From Podarcis cretensis (Eukaryota), in the NCBI GenBank assembly GCA_951804945.1, contig OX638156.1, forward strand, positions 83,762,001-83,826,000: a DNA stretch of 64,000 bases, given 5' to 3'. The notes below the pieces were generated by a model. The model was not told the origin of the DNA. It saw only the letters and a list, made by a program, of their open reading frames with translations, and searched no databases. The position numbers were made by a program, and so were the translations under genes. Positions within the stretch are counted from its first letter, which is position 1. Each line of letters opens with the position of its first letter. Of the stretch, positions 37,901 through 52,900 are shown one piece after another.

Positions 37901-40900
37901 TCAACCCACAGGGCTCAGCATTCAGCTGCAGATCTCTCTTACCGTTTTCTTCTCCCGCTTGGCTGGTGGGATTGGCTGCTGCTGCTGCGTAGGCACTATG
38001 ATGGGTGTGGACTGATACACCGGGGGAGTTGGGTAGAAAGGTGCCCCTGCAGTGGGTAAAGGGGGACAAGGAGAATCTTAGGCTCACTCCTTTGGCTGCC
38101 TGCCTGTGGCAAAGTGCTCAAAGCCACGTCCCTTCACCCAGGACGAGCTACCTCAAAGTGTGACTCCTAGTTTTCCTCTTTCAAGGTCAGGGAAATGAGG
38201 GGCCACTTGCTCCCTCTGCTTGGGAGTGCCCCCCCCCCCAGGCTTGCATATGTGTGTGTATATCACAGCAGCTTACTACAATGAAAAGCCATACAGTAAA
38301 ACCATAAAAAAATTTAAGACAAGCATTATTAGACCACTGTGGAAGGCCTGTGCACAGGCCTAGTGGAATTTTCAGTAGGCATTTAAAAGTTGGCACAGAC
38401 GGCGCCCGCTGAATCTCCAGTGGCAAAGAGTTCCATAGGACTGGGCCAATGACATGACAGGCTCAGTTTCTTTCCTGGAGGAACAAAGCCACCTCCTCAA
38501 CCTCTGCATGCGCGCGCGCGCACACACACACACGTACGCGCACACGCGCACGTGCGCACACACACACAAAATTGCCGCCAGAGCCAATGAAGCAAAGTGA
38601 CCCTCTACTCCTAAGAAAGTAAAGACCTCAGAGTCTCCCATTTGCCAAAGGTTCTAAGCAAAGTGGTGAGCAGGCCCCAATTTCACAAGAAAGCCGATAA
38701 CCCACAGGACTGGGTGCTGGGCAGACCAGCTTCCAGAGATTTTCAGCCCCCAATCCACTCCCATACCTCTTTTTTTTAAAACACCATTTTACGCCTTCTG
38801 ATGGCAAGGCTGGCCCTGACCTCAGGTGCCAAAGGAACATCTCCAAGCAAGCTCTCCAGCAGTTAAGTGCTTTGGTTGTCCTTGCATAACTCTCTTCCTG
38901 CCCCCTCTGCCCCAGGATGACCAGAGCGCACCAATAAGGCAATGCAGCCAAAGTGACAGAATTCATTCATCAAAATTAAAGAGGAAAATCTACTCAAGTC
39001 ACAATTTAGACCTGCAACTTACATGTGATTTATTTGCACAACTGCAGCTTTGTGCAGATGGCAGGAAAATAAACGAACTGGAGAGGGCAGGCAGCCATAA
39101 GGGGTCATAGAAGATCTCATGCAACCTTCCCAGATCTTGATAAGCAAGGTGAAGGCTCTGGGAAGGCTGTGCAACACCTCTGGAAGACTGTGTGAGACTC
39201 CAGCAAGATCTCACAGAAGCTCCCCTGCCTCTTCCAGAGGCCTCGCATGACCTTCCCAGAGCCCATTAAGACAGGGACAGTTAAACGGGAGTGATTCTGG
39301 GGGTTTTCATTTGATTTTGCATTTGCATGTGAACCCCTGGAATGTAACCTGCAGGCCTACTGTATATTCATTTTAACACAGAGAAGCCAAAATGGGAATG
39401 CTACAGTGCTGAAGGTGTGGAATATGAACACAGGAAGCCTGGTTTGCATAAAGGTCAGTCTACAGGGTGAAAGGACCATATCAAATGGCCCTTGCTCTGC
39501 TACCCACCCCCCTTCAAAGGAAACCTCTTCTTACCATAGGCGTTGGGGAACTCTCCGGGTCCTGGTCCTGGGTAAAATGGTCCAGGCCCTGGCGGCTGAA
39601 CGGGATATTGTTGTGGGGGGCCCACATACGGAGGGCCGCTATGACGATACTGAAACAGAAATGGCACAAGAGGCTCAGAAAATGGCGCAAGGGGCTTTAT
39701 GAGCAGGAAAAGCTATCCTGCTAACTTATTAATGATGCCATTAATGCAGTTCCCCACTCGGCCCTGCAAATGCCAACTCTTGGCCTCATGGCAGTTTGTC
39801 GCCCACTTCCTGACCTGCTGGTCCCCTGGCAGCAGGGACTAAGTCCACAATCAATACAATTCCAGACTACTTACTGGCCTCTCTTCCCACACCAGGCAGA
39901 GCAAAGAGGGAAAAAATGCAGCAGTGGAGGGCAATACAAAGGGCGCAGCCACCTACCTCACAGGGTTGTTGTGAAGACTTAAAAAGGGGGAGACTGAACA
40001 TCATGGGTTGTATCCAACAGTAGGCCTGCTCAGAGGAGATCCATTGGAATCAACAGACTTGGTTAACCTAGGTGTGTTCATTTTGATGGGTCTACTCTGA
40101 GCAAAACTTAGCTGGTTACAGTCCCATGCGATGCTGCTCTGAACACCTTTGAGGAATGCTGGGAGCTAAAAAAGCAATAAATAAATAAAACAAATATATT
40201 GAAGATTCCAAAATTCCAGGGGAAGGGTCTCAGCAAAGTGGCAGAACCCCTGCTTGGCATGCAGAAGGCCCCCAGGTTTGATCCCTGGCAGCATCTTCAC
40301 ATAGGGCTGGGGAAAGACCCCTTCTCCTGAAACCTCAGGGGCCATTGCTGCCAGTCAGTGTAGACAATACTGAGCTAGGTGGGCCAATGGCCTGGGTAAG
40401 GCAGGTGCCTGCATACCAAGTGCCAGAGATTCCTCCCGGACCTGCCCCGATTCCCCTTTTCCACCCAAGGATTGAAAACTCAGGGGAAGGAGGGAAACGG
40501 AAGCACACCTGTGCTGTGGATTTAACTTGCACCCAGCTGAGTCACAGAAGGGCTGACATTGAACACAACCTGCAGGCAGCTGCAGATACATCGTCACCAC
40601 CAGCCGAATTAAAGAACAGGAGCACTTACATGCCTCCCTCCCTGACTTGCCCTACCTTTACAGTCAACTCGCAACTTGCGCCACGGTTCCTTTCTGGGGA
40701 TGTCACATAAAACCAAAATTGCTTATAGTCAAAACAACCCTGGAAACACCCTGGCATGAGCATCGCTACCTTGCTGAAATGCCAGTGCACTGTGTGGGTC
40801 TTGCCCTCCCCATGCAAGGCAGAGAGCTTTTAAGCTCTCTCACTTGCTTACCAGGGACTGGGAAGCTCTCACACAGGCTTAATGAGTTCTTCACCTTGCG

Positions 40901-43900
40901 TAGGTTTCATTTGTGCCCTGTTAGCTGGCCGGGTGCCAAGCCTGTGAAGCTGCGATTGTGCAGGTTAAGATGCAAGTCAACTGTATCATTTTAAGGGTGC
41001 TGTGACCTTACCTGTGGTATACAGTACTGGGGGCCCTGAGGCATTGGATACGGCATGGGAAGGTGGTTCACCATCATGATGTGCTGATTGGTCTGATAGA
41101 CAGCGGTTGGCGTCTGTGCACCAGGACGGATGGAAGGGCTGCTATTCTGGATCGTTGCTCTGGGAGGCTGGATTTGAGGCCTTTGGAAAAACTGGAGGAG
41201 GGAAGCAAGGAGCCCCATATTTTAGCCGGCCATCTCTTGGAAGAGCAGTGCGCCGCACTCATGGTGCTTTCGTCATGCACCTGATCAACAACTAGCTGGC
41301 CCTCTCTGGCCAAGGGTCTTCTGCCTCGGAAGCCCACTTGCCCCACGTGCAACGCAGGTGGGCGGGGAAAAGTGATGAGTCTGACCAGGATAGTCTTTGC
41401 ATCTAACGAGTCCTGCCCTGGAAGTGAGGGGGCAGGGCAGGAATGGGGATGGGTGTCATTTGGAGATGGAGTGTATAAGGCCACTTCTCTAAAGGGGTTG
41501 CCAAGAGGAACCTGACACCTGCACTGGCGTTCAGTCCTAGGCCAACCACACACTTACCTTCCCTGACCTGTCTGAAACTGGGGAAGCTTCTTCATCACTC
41601 CAGGCATGATCTAAGTAGACGGCAACCCCTTCCTGGATCTAAACTTAACTTCTCTGACCATACAAATGTCAACCAGAGGACTAGGGACGTGTGACGACGA
41701 CATCTCCCAACGCTCAACATTCAATGTGCGAAATGATGCGTCAGGCACTAAGACACCTGGCCGCTAATGGCGCATGTGATCGAGAGGCAGTGAGGCCATG
41801 CAGAACCAGTAGTGAAAGTTACCTGGATGGGTCTGAATCCTCCCTTCAACAACGAAGCAAGAAAGCAGCAGGAAATAGAAAGAAAGCCAATGGAACAGCT
41901 GACAGGTCAACAACAGGAGGGGTGGGTGGGGTTCCAGCATGCAACCTAAGGCCCTCCTTCTGCCTAGCCCCTCCAGTAGCCATCGAGGACTCCTCCCTGG
42001 CCCGAGTCACCATCATGCAACAGTCTAGGGCTTTCTAAAATTAGTATTTGTTTCACTGACATTAGCTTTCCTCAAAACACAACAAGGGACTAAAGCTTCA
42101 GTGGAAAGAAAATGGCTAGGAAAAGTTGCCCTATCGACAACTACCCTTTCCTGGGGGTGCCTTCTCCTCTCCAACAGAAACAGCCCAATGATCATCAGAA
42201 CCCTGCTAAAATCCTCTTGATGGTCTCAAAAAAAAAAAAAAAAAAAAAGAGAGAGAGAAACCAGCCCCAAGTTTAGTGGTCAAGCAGGAAGCGAAGGGAA
42301 GGGAAGGCTCCCTGCCTCACAGCCACAGGTTGTCTGCAGAGGACAGAATGAGCCACCTGTCTGAAGAGATCCACCTCCAGGGTGGATAGGGAGGAGGAGA
42401 GATGCAGAAGACAACCCCTGGGATGTGGCTACAGGCAGGGACGGACAGCTATGCTGGCTATCAAGAGCAGCCTTGCTGGCTGGCAACTCCAGGTTTAGAT
42501 GGCCATGAGGCCTCCTCTTTCAATCTTCTGTACAGAAACCAGGACACACAGCAAGCCACTGACAAATTTTGTCCTGCTCTAAGCAGTGCAAGGGGGTTGA
42601 GCTCAGGGTCAAGTCAAACCACAGCCACCAGGGATGTACCGGCTGGCCTCGGACAAGCCTGCCTCAGTTCTCTCTCCTTGGAAAGCAGCCTTGCTTACAG
42701 AGAAATCTCAAGGCTGCACAATACATCAGCTGAAAGCTCTCCAGGCATGTAAAACTGGCACAGATGGGATCGTAAGGAATTCGGAGATTGTCTGGGCCAC
42801 CCCTCAAAAGAACCACTTTCGACCTGCTGAGACAGCCTGTGGGGCGGAGAGAAGGAAAAGTGATGCTTTGGAGCTTTGCATTTTGTTTCCTGTTTATAGA
42901 GCAGACCAGGTCCAGCAGCCGCTTAGGGACTCAACTAGCCAAAGTCTCTTTGATGATCAAGCAAACACAACAAAGTACCTGACCAGCTTCAAGAGCTGGA
43001 AAGAAATCCCAAAATGCTGCTCTGAAAACAGCACCAGAAAAGGGTCTGGAAGGGGAACATGCAAGACTCCTGCAGCTGCTACTCCCCTCCCAGATCTCAA
43101 CTCCTGCAACTTGCAATACTAACAGACTAGTGAAGAAATTCAGGGTTCCAGACAAGATGATGGAGGCCATGGCTGCAGCAGAGAGTCAGAGATGAATTGG
43201 TGTCCTTTTCTCTGTTTTATAATCGTTCTGTCAAACAGTTCAAAATACCAGCCCCTGTTCCAAATCCCACTGGAGGAGCACTTTGTGCTAAATCAGGAAC
43301 ACAAAGAGTCAAGGCCAACCCTATGCAGCAGGCCCACTGGCTTGTCCCTGGCCCTCATGGCTGGTGCTGTTAAGACGCAGGCTTTGTGATGGTGGTCATC
43401 AGCGGGATGCCCAGACACACCAAACTTCCCAAGCCCAACAGTTTCAGCTGCCTGACAGAGCAGCCTCCGAATGAGAGGATGAGCAAAACTGCTTCCATTA
43501 GGGAAGAGGTAGGGGGCCTCAGACCCAGGGCCTGAACACAGCTCTCCAGGCTTTTTGATCTGGTGGCCCTCAGGACTCTACGCAGCACCAGTCACTAGCC
43601 CTTGCTTTGAACCCCAAATGTTTTAGCCTTTCTGGAATGTGCCCTTGACCACTAGTCACACTTCTTGTTTGCCTGAATGGAGGACAGAGTGAGTGTGTGA
43701 ACAAATAGCTCATTTTCTTCCAGCATCAGAGGAGGGGTGGATCTGGCTCAAGGCACCTAGCTGCAGTTTGAGGACAACATCTTGGCTGGGTGGTGGGAAG
43801 GTTACTCTCCTGCTACTGCTTTACTCTCTAACATGGTATCTTGGGACCTCAGATACTATCTAAGGAAGGGGGGTGGGAGAGAGAAAGAGAGGAAAAAAGA

Positions 43901-46900
43901 AAGTAAGTGGAAATGGGAGCTTGAAGAGCTCAGAAGAAACCCTGCCCTTTGGAAGGTGACAGAGCCAATCGGGGAGGGCATGGATTGTTCCACCTGTGTA
44001 CCACACCAGAAGTGTGTAGAAGGGACCAAGCCTGCTGGAGAAACAAGACTGGCACAAGAATCCTTGCTCAGCAGTCCCGAAACTAAGAGGCCTGACAGAA
44101 TTCACAGCATCTGCCCAGCGGGAACTAAAATAGAAATTTTCTTAAATAGAAAATGTGATTCCCTAATGAGGCAGGAGTCAAAGGCTGCCAAGGAGAAACC
44201 CCTCCCACTCTAAGGCAAACCTCAGTTCCTGGTAAGCAGAGTGTTTTCACACCCTCCCTCCTTTCCTTGACAAGGTTTGCTGCTCCTCCCCACAGGGGAG
44301 TTCACAGTTGCTTCCAACAGCTTTGTGTTGCACATCTTTGTGCAAACACTTTGCGCTAATTGAATGAGCGCAGAAGCAAGAAGGGCCCCAGGAATAGCGC
44401 TCCTCCTGGAGGAAGATGTGCCCACAGCCCCCTCGGTCTTCAAATAGCAGTTGGCAAGTTCAATGAGCCTCACCAAGCGTCACAGCAGCTGGGCCGGAGG
44501 AGCTGCCAGTTAATGGCGCGAGCACATGAGTCACACTGACCTGAATATCTTATGACACAATAACTGCAGGAAATGATGCCTGTGAGAGTGCTCTGCATTA
44601 GACTATCAGAGTTCCTGTCATTTTCAATGGCAGCAGGAGAGAGGGAAGGAACCTCAAGTTGCACCTGACAACCAAGAAGCTCTCCACAACTCTCCATCAA
44701 TCCAGTTGCCTCCTCATCACCCATTTGCTTTGAGCCATTTGGTAACATGTGAAGTTAAGCTGCACTCTGGTTCCAAGCTAACCCTTGATTATTTTGAGTT
44801 GGGTTTCTAATCAATGGGACACCATAAAGGTTTACGGCAAGTTACAACACTTTTCAAAGCTGTCTCTAAAGCTAACCTAACCTAACTGTAACCGCATCCA
44901 GCACTGAAGATGGTAAAAGGATATTTGAAAATCTACAGCACCAGCCAGGAAGCCCAGTACTCCCCTGCCCCCCCACTGATATGGAACCTTTTAACAGCCA
45001 CAGAAAATATGGGATCTGGCATCTCCAGCATGTAGAACTGAAGAAACCACAACATTTTAACCAGGAACAGCACCTCTAAAAGCCACACCCCTCCACACAG
45101 CAAGTAGCAGCCACAAGAGTAACTCAGGCTGTCTGTTTGGGGGGGGGGGAGAGAAGATGAGCACATCATAATTAACTTATTCCCTGATGATTTAAGGCTA
45201 CATGGGGAGGAACCCCCCTCCTATGATGTGACTTGTGTGATGGGCTACACAGACCTACACTTTCACCACTCCAGTATGCTTCGGCTCAGATGAAACAACA
45301 GTGCAACCCCCTTCTCATTAGTTGTTTCTGACCAAGGATGGGTTGTAGAAATGTGGCGGACTCATAGGTCCATCCACAGCAGTCAACCTCAGATGCTGAA
45401 CACCTCCCCTAGATGCTGCCTTGAAGGGGGCATGGAAGGTGGGCTGGGCCAGCCCCACAAGACCAGAGAAAAACCCCTGAACCCAGAATCCGATTTCACT
45501 ATTCAAGATTTTTCTCGTGTTTCCAACTTAGCATGGCTCTATTTGGTAAAGAAAATCAAGCAGTCTTCTGACTGCGGTAGACGTTCAGTGTCTTTATTTC
45601 AGGTGGAATGTTGCCATCCTCAGAATGGAAAGTACTTGGGAGTATTGTAATGTGGCAATTGCTCCGGGCAAGTCTTTTGGATTCTGACCCCATTTCCCCT
45701 GGTGCCCAAGAGAACTAGATAACCAAACTAAGCACACACACACGCACGCACACACACCCCTGACCAAGCAAACATCAAAGATCCCAGACCAACAGCCATC
45801 AGAAAGCTTTGTGGCAGCAGCAAAAGCCAGGGAGCACAGTTAGTGGGGTTGTTAATTGATGCAACAGAATTAGTAACCGTTAGAAGCTGAAGCTTGACTG
45901 TGCCATGGGGTTAGGGGGCTCTTTAGAAAGGGGGGTTCCTCACACAGAGGAGGGAGAAAGGTTGTTTTCTGCTGCTCCAGAGAAGCGGACACGGAGCAAT
46001 GGACCCAAACTACAAGAAAGAAGATTCCACCTAAACATTAGGAAGAACTTCCTGACAGTAAGAGCTGTTCGACAGTGGAATTTGCTGCCAAGGAGTGTGG
46101 TGGAGTCTCCTTCTTTGGAGGTCTTTAAGCAGAGGCTTGACAACCATATGTCAGGAGTGCTCTGATGGTGTTTCCTGCTTGGCAGGGGGTTGGACTCGAT
46201 GGCCCTTGTGGTCTCTTCCAACTCTATGATTCTATGATTCTATGAAAGCAAGGTGCAGGACATGGCCTGCGGAATTAGTGGAGGGCCAGCCAAGTAACAC
46301 CCCCACCCCCGCACATTTTCCTCCCAACCAGTTGGCAGCAAAGGGGAGGCGTAGTGAAGAGGGGCAAGGAGGGTACTGTACCTGATGATGATGGGCAGGT
46401 CGAGGCCCCGCTGCAAACTGAGGAGAAGCAGGAGAAACAAAAACACAAAAAGGAAAGGCACAGAGAGTCAGAAACACCACAACAAAAGGCAAAAACTGTC
46501 ACACTGTATGCAAAAGAAACCCACAAGGGGAAATCAAACAAAAAACCCAACACACATACACACACACACACTCTCACGGTCAAAGCTGTGCTGCAGGACA
46601 GTGACAGACAGGTACCAAAAACCCAGAAGGTAAAACTCTGCTGCCAGGTGAATGCAATGCTCAAAATGTGGGTGGTGGAGGTGCCTGCCAAAGTTGTTAG
46701 ATAGCCAAAAGACACCCTAACACTAACATAGTTGAAGGAGAGCAGGGGGAGAAGGGTTTGCTGAAAAACCAAACACTAAGTTATTTTTTAAAAAAAGCAA
46801 GGCAGGCCAGCCCTTGCTGATGCGCATCAAAGCTGAGTGCAGGATGGAGAGCCCTGTCTGTGGCACAGCCACAACTTGAAAGACAAGTCAGCCTCACCTA

Positions 46901-49900
46901 GGGATGCTGATATCTTGGCATATATGAAGCTTTCTAAGTGCAGCTGTAGAAACCTCTAAAAACTTCACTGGGCTCTCCTTCCTTTTTTAACGGAAAGCAA
47001 GCAAAATCCTGCGGCATATTCAGTGCAGCTGAGCATGTGGGGACGGGTAGATCTGCAATGCTGTAGAATCAACTCAATATTTCTCCCCTATCCTCTCCCA
47101 CAACACACATGAGGAAAGCCACACTCACTATTCCCCCCCCCCCCAACATTAACAGAAAATCTGCCATGAACAATAAAGCAAAAGAGGAGACTGCAAATGA
47201 GTTCACAACAACAACCAACAAGCAGAGAGAGTGTCATCAGAAATCAAGGAAACTACCAGAGCCTTCAGATCAACTGCCACTACCTTGCGGAAACATCTGG
47301 AGAGTTCAAGCTCTTTCTCAGCAGAAACCAGCTTTCCTAAGTGCCAAAGTTTACTGTGATACACTTAAATAACCTACTTTCCACACCAAATATAATATTC
47401 AGAAACAGAAACGGCAGACAGTCTCTCACTAGCATACAAACCTACAGAACAGGCTGCAGTGTCTATTTCAGGCAGAAAGAGATCACTTGTTTTCCATCAA
47501 AACGCCTAACAGATAAATGTCATTTTTTTCTCAAAACCTCAATGTGCTTCTTGAAACTTCCTAAACACTTTAACACAGCTGAACGGACAGTTTCTGGCCC
47601 GTTTGCTCAACTCTGCCATTCTACTGATCCTCTAGCTGTTGAGAAACACACAAATTGAGAGCAAGAATGGGCTGCTAGTTCTTATATTAAATTTGGCACA
47701 GAAATATGGTTCAAAATTTGCTCTGCCTCTAGTGTGAAAAGTGGGGGCACAAGCAAAGTAGGATGGTAAGTATCTGACCAGAGAAGCATAAAGCATGTCT
47801 ACTTCTGGTTAAATAGGTTGAGGGATAGAAAGTCTATATTCCCAGAAAATCAGCAAATGCACACCAGTAACAGACCAAAAAAACTGGTGTTCATCTGTCC
47901 AAAAGCAAAAGTACCTGTCTTATCACTGTTCCACAGGAAGTATCACTTCTAAACAGCTCAGAAATCAGAGCCAGATAGTTGCAACTTAATAAAATTATGT
48001 GAAAACCAACGGCCCAGTAAACATGTTATATGAAAAATAAATAAAACTTCAACGTTAGTGGGAGGAAAAAAGAAAGACCCTAGTCTATTTTGCACTTGTC
48101 ACCATTGGCTATTGGCTGCATAATTCCTGCGGACAGAATTCTTTCTCTCTGCCTCTCTCTCTGCCCCTCTCTCTATTAAGTAACTGTAAGCAACAGAACA
48201 AACTGTAGTCACTGCTGGCTCAGATTAAAAATAGGTTTCCTTTTTCCCTTTGCCTGGAGTTACAATTTTTGCCTGCCAGATGCTGGTCTTGCTTCCAATT
48301 CCTTCTGTGCATATTTGGCAGGGGGCCCTCTCTCCCGCCATGGGTTAAAGCTGCGTTGTGGGCACACTGGCTGTGGCCATTTGAAAACAAAACCTCTCAC
48401 TATAGCTCTTCTCTTCCCCACTTCAGCATTTTCGCTACGATGGCCAAATTGCTTTAAAAAGAAACAAAAACCTGTTGCAATTTAGAAATTCACTGAAAAG
48501 TTTTTAAAGTCTTCCCAGCTGGAATTAGCATGCAGAGTGTGAGGCACTGGCCCTGCTGTAACAGAAAACTTGCCTGGGAATGACACCAAGCTACCTGAAT
48601 GGCAAAGGTAGCCGTGTCCAGGCAGAGGCTGTGCAATTGCCAATGGCCCTTGAATGCAGAAATAGATTGGAGTAAGCTGAAGGGCAGCTATGGGAAGAAG
48701 AACTAGGGTCCCTTCATTTGCCAGCACAAAAACAACTCCAGGGCCCACCAGCTCCCTCAGCTGGGGCTCTGGTGCCATAGTGGGTGGGGGGCTGTCTCTC
48801 TTTCTCTTTCTCTCGCTCTCCCTCGCTCACCCTCCCCCAAGCCTCCCTTCAGGGCCACAAAGGGGGGACGGGGAGAATAAACCAATGGAAACCAAGCCCA
48901 GAACGAAATGCAAGAGCTGCTCAGCCTAGCCCATTTTGCATTTGTTTTGGACTTGCGAGGAGAGGAGGAGAGGTGAGTGGGGGAAATGAAATGTTATGTG
49001 AGCAATTTTTAGTCATGGGGTGGTAATGATCACAAAACGTGACGATGGCAGAAGACTGCACGCAGGGTAATATTTTAGAGGGGGGATTGTTCATGACCAC
49101 AGAAAAATGGCTGACGTTATAGGTAGCTTCTTCTGTCTTAAGGTTTCTGCCAAAATTGGGGAATGTTTTGAGGAGTTCTTGCCAATTTCCCTCGAGTGAC
49201 TAATCCAATCAAATGCAAATCCCCCACAAGGGCTAGAAAAGTAAATCTCAGGTACCTGATCACTCAGACCACCTGAAAAATTTGTAACAGGGTTATTGGG
49301 TTGTGGCTGTTGTGGGTTTTTTTAAAAGGAGGGGGCACCCTGCCTCAATTTCTTCCTGCCACCACCTTCGACAGCCTTGGCCCCTTCCAAACTGCCGCTG
49401 AATGCGGCAGCCCGCAAGACACAGCGGCTTAAAGCAGAGATCGGATCAGTGCTTTTCTGTAGATCAGTCAACAATGTGGTCAAAAAATGAAACCAAAAAA
49501 AGCAACAGAACTGAAAGGGGTGCCACGGGGGCACGACTGCCTGCAAGAAGGGAGTACAGTTTGTTATATTGCTTACAATGCAGTATTTTATCCAGCCTCT
49601 TCCCGCAAAGGACCTGTAAACCGGACTCTGTTCCAAAACCTTCCTCCGCTTCCAGTTGTCTGGGCAATGTACTGGCACTGCTCTGCTGGGCTGTCAAGAA
49701 AACTGGTTTAGAGACACGGCTCTCGAGTCAGAATCTCCCCTCTCGTTTCAGCCATGAATGTTTCAGCTCTTGCTTTTTGCGCATCGTAACAGGGAGGAAC
49801 ATGCCCTACTACAGTAAGGGTGGCTGGGGATGGAAGGGTGTCCCTTCTGCTGCTCAATACCAGTTTGTCATAGAGCAGGATTGTGGCCAACTACTGGGGC

Positions 49901-52900
49901 TGAGTGAGGAGGGAATGAGCTGGAGGGTCCTTTTCTAGACAAAAAACAAGAGTGTGCAGCTGGAACCAGCAGGGCTGTGAGCACAAGAGCCCAGAATTGC
50001 ATTGGCCGCGGGAAACAAGTTTCTCCTTCCCCACTCGCTACAAGCCCTTTAAAGAAGGGGGCAGTAAAAGGTAAAGACACAAAGGGAGGGGGTGTCCATG
50101 CATCTACCACACAACAGCCACCACCAGAAGACACACCCTTGAAAGGCACAGGTTGTATCACTCAAACTTATGATGCAAGGTGGTATGGATCAACACAAGA
50201 GATTGAAGCCGGGCTCAGGGCCCCCTCTGGCAGCAGGGCACCAGTACCGTAGGCAATGACAGAAGTGCCCAGGAGTAGGCATTTACAGGCTTCTGGAGAG
50301 CAGGCAGGCAACTCAAAAAAGGATCTGACTCTTCATCTCTGAGAGCCCCAGAGGGCTTCAACACTACGTCACTTGTGCCACCTGGAAGCAGAGGGGAAGT
50401 CCTTCGGGTGCCTTTTTCTCAGGGAAGCTACTCGCAAAAAGGTTAGGAAGTGCAACGCAATGGCTTTGCTGGACGGCTGGACAGATGCAGCACAACACGC
50501 AGGCAAAATAAGGGCTCCCTTACCGGCGAGCGCGTCTGAGGCTGGGTGCTCATCGTCTGAGGGGCCTGCGGGTACACCAGCGTAGTCGGTGCGGCGTTCT
50601 GTCCAGAGGGGTAAGGGGCCTGCCATGGGAGAGAGAAGAAAGATGGTTAAAGACATGACAAGCAACGGCAACCGGGATGGAAACTGCCTTCCCGCTGCTG
50701 CCTCAACTCTCAACTAGACTTACACTTTGTACCTTCAGACATACGCCATTGATGCAAAAGCCCGGATACAAGGAACTAACCTTAACTTCAGGTTTTCAAC
50801 AGTTAGGGGGTGTCTACTACCTCACTTAAAAGCAATGGTTATCTTGAAGGCACTTAACTGCAACATTTGCCATGTTGGGTCAAGAGCAAGAATCTGTCCA
50901 GCCCAATGTTTCATCTCCTGAATGATGCTGGGGGGGGGGGGGGCTGAACCATGGCAGAGATAGCTGTCCTCTGTGTCTGCCAGCAGTGCCTGTAGGCCAA
51001 ACCATTTGCTTCTGAGACTCTATACACCAGGTACTCCCACCCTGCTGGCTTGCTCACCTCACTGACACAGAATCTCACACACCTCATCCTCCTCCCTGCT
51101 GGATGGCTCAGTGGCACACCTAGCGCCAGAAATGTTTTGCTAATTCATGCCAAGAAGCAGCAGAATATTCAGCCCATTACAATTTTCATCAGGAGACTAT
51201 TTGGCTCGAGAAAAACATTTCCGGATTTATGTCACAGTGATGCGACTGAGGCTTAGTGCCTCTTTATAAGACAGGACAATGGCAGCTTGCACATCTGACA
51301 CCCACACAGTTTTAGAAGACTTTAAAAAAGAAGCTCTACTGTTGCACATGACTCTATGTGGCCAGGAGTTAAATGCACCTTCCCTTCTTGCTCCCATTAA
51401 CAGTCCAAGCCTCCTTGTAAGACTACAGCAAACAGCCCCATTCCCAGGCCCCTTGGTTGCTCCAGGGCCCTGTAGAGGAGGAGATAAGGCCCTTTGCAAA
51501 AGGCAGCAACACATAAAGCAGGTAAACCTCTTGCAGCCAGTGAAGTCTAAGCAATGACACCTCAACTGTCATTTCACAAGAAAAGCAGTGCCTTCTCCTA
51601 ACAGGCCCCTGCGTTAAGGCCAGCTTGTTGGTAGGAGGGGAAGCCTGCCCAGCAACAGAGCTCATAACACAGGCTGGAGGACCCATTCACATAAGCAAGC
51701 AAACTCCCCATCACCCCATTTCAACAGAGGCAGCCCACTCAACAGAACACCACACCCTGAGCCCCAGAGCAGTCCTACAGCTTAAAGCAAACTGCAGTGC
51801 CAGAGCAGCATACCCTTCCTCCATAGCCAGTTTTGACACACAGGCTATGAAAGGAAAAGTTCTTCCACCAAGCAGACTGGCAGAGGAGGCTCAGTTATCT
51901 ATCCTGGTTGTGGAGGATGAAACCTTCCTTCCACTGCAGCTAACACAGGACTCAAACAGACTGATGGTGGTAGAGAAATGGAGTGATCTATCCCTCCTCC
52001 GTTAGTCCATTCACATGCCTGAACAGAATTCCCGGTCACTTATGGCTACCAGGCTAGTGCTTAACTGCAAGGCTGGTACAAAGGGTAAGCCAACTGACAA
52101 CTGTATGCAGGTTGCCTGTGCGTGCCAGGCTCAATCCATAATTGGTCTCTGGGTGTTCAAACAACTGCCAGGTTTAGAGCAATTCCTGTTGCCCTTCCAT
52201 CAGGGCTCACCAACCCATATGCCCCCTAAAAGATGCTATGGACACCTCCATAAGCCATTGCTCAATTCTGCCCATCCTTCAAGGCTCTCACTGAAACATG
52301 TGACACTTGCCTTTCTTCCATCCCAGCTGAATGGGATAATTATCTTGCCTACTGATCTCTGCTTGGCACAGAAAGATGAATGCACATGAGAATTTTAATC
52401 GGCTTATTTGTCTGAAAAGTGGTGGATCATTAAAGTTTATTCTGTTCAGCATTTTATGATTTGCCTGCCAGATGCAATGAGAGAACCAGGGAGTGGATCA
52501 TTCTAAAATTCAGGGAGATAAAATACTGCTGTGCATATGTGTGTGCGTATGCGAGGTGTGTTTTTTGTGCACAGAGGTACTTTTTTTTTAAAAAAAGAGT
52601 CTCTTATCATCAGGTACATGTGACTACAAACACTCAAAGCAGGGCATAAGGCAGTCATTTGGCTCATATTGAATGCAGAATTCCAAGATGGACCAGGCTA
52701 GGTTTCAAAGTCAGCAGCTCAAAACTGTGAGATCTTGGACCTCAAGAGTACACAGCTGAACAAAGAGATCAGTGGCAGAAATGTGGTTAAACACAATTAG
52801 TAACACCCTCTTAGGTCCCTAGTCGGAACCCATTGCAATGCTGCAACCCAGCCTAAAACAAGTTGCAACAGCAACAGTACTACCACCATACAAATAAATG

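Noticed and set aside
41551-41640. Strong donor AAG|gtaagt at 41558 near the microexon
   Set aside because: The nearest acceptors are weak and give 10, 14 or 20 nt non-triplet exons; insufficient support.
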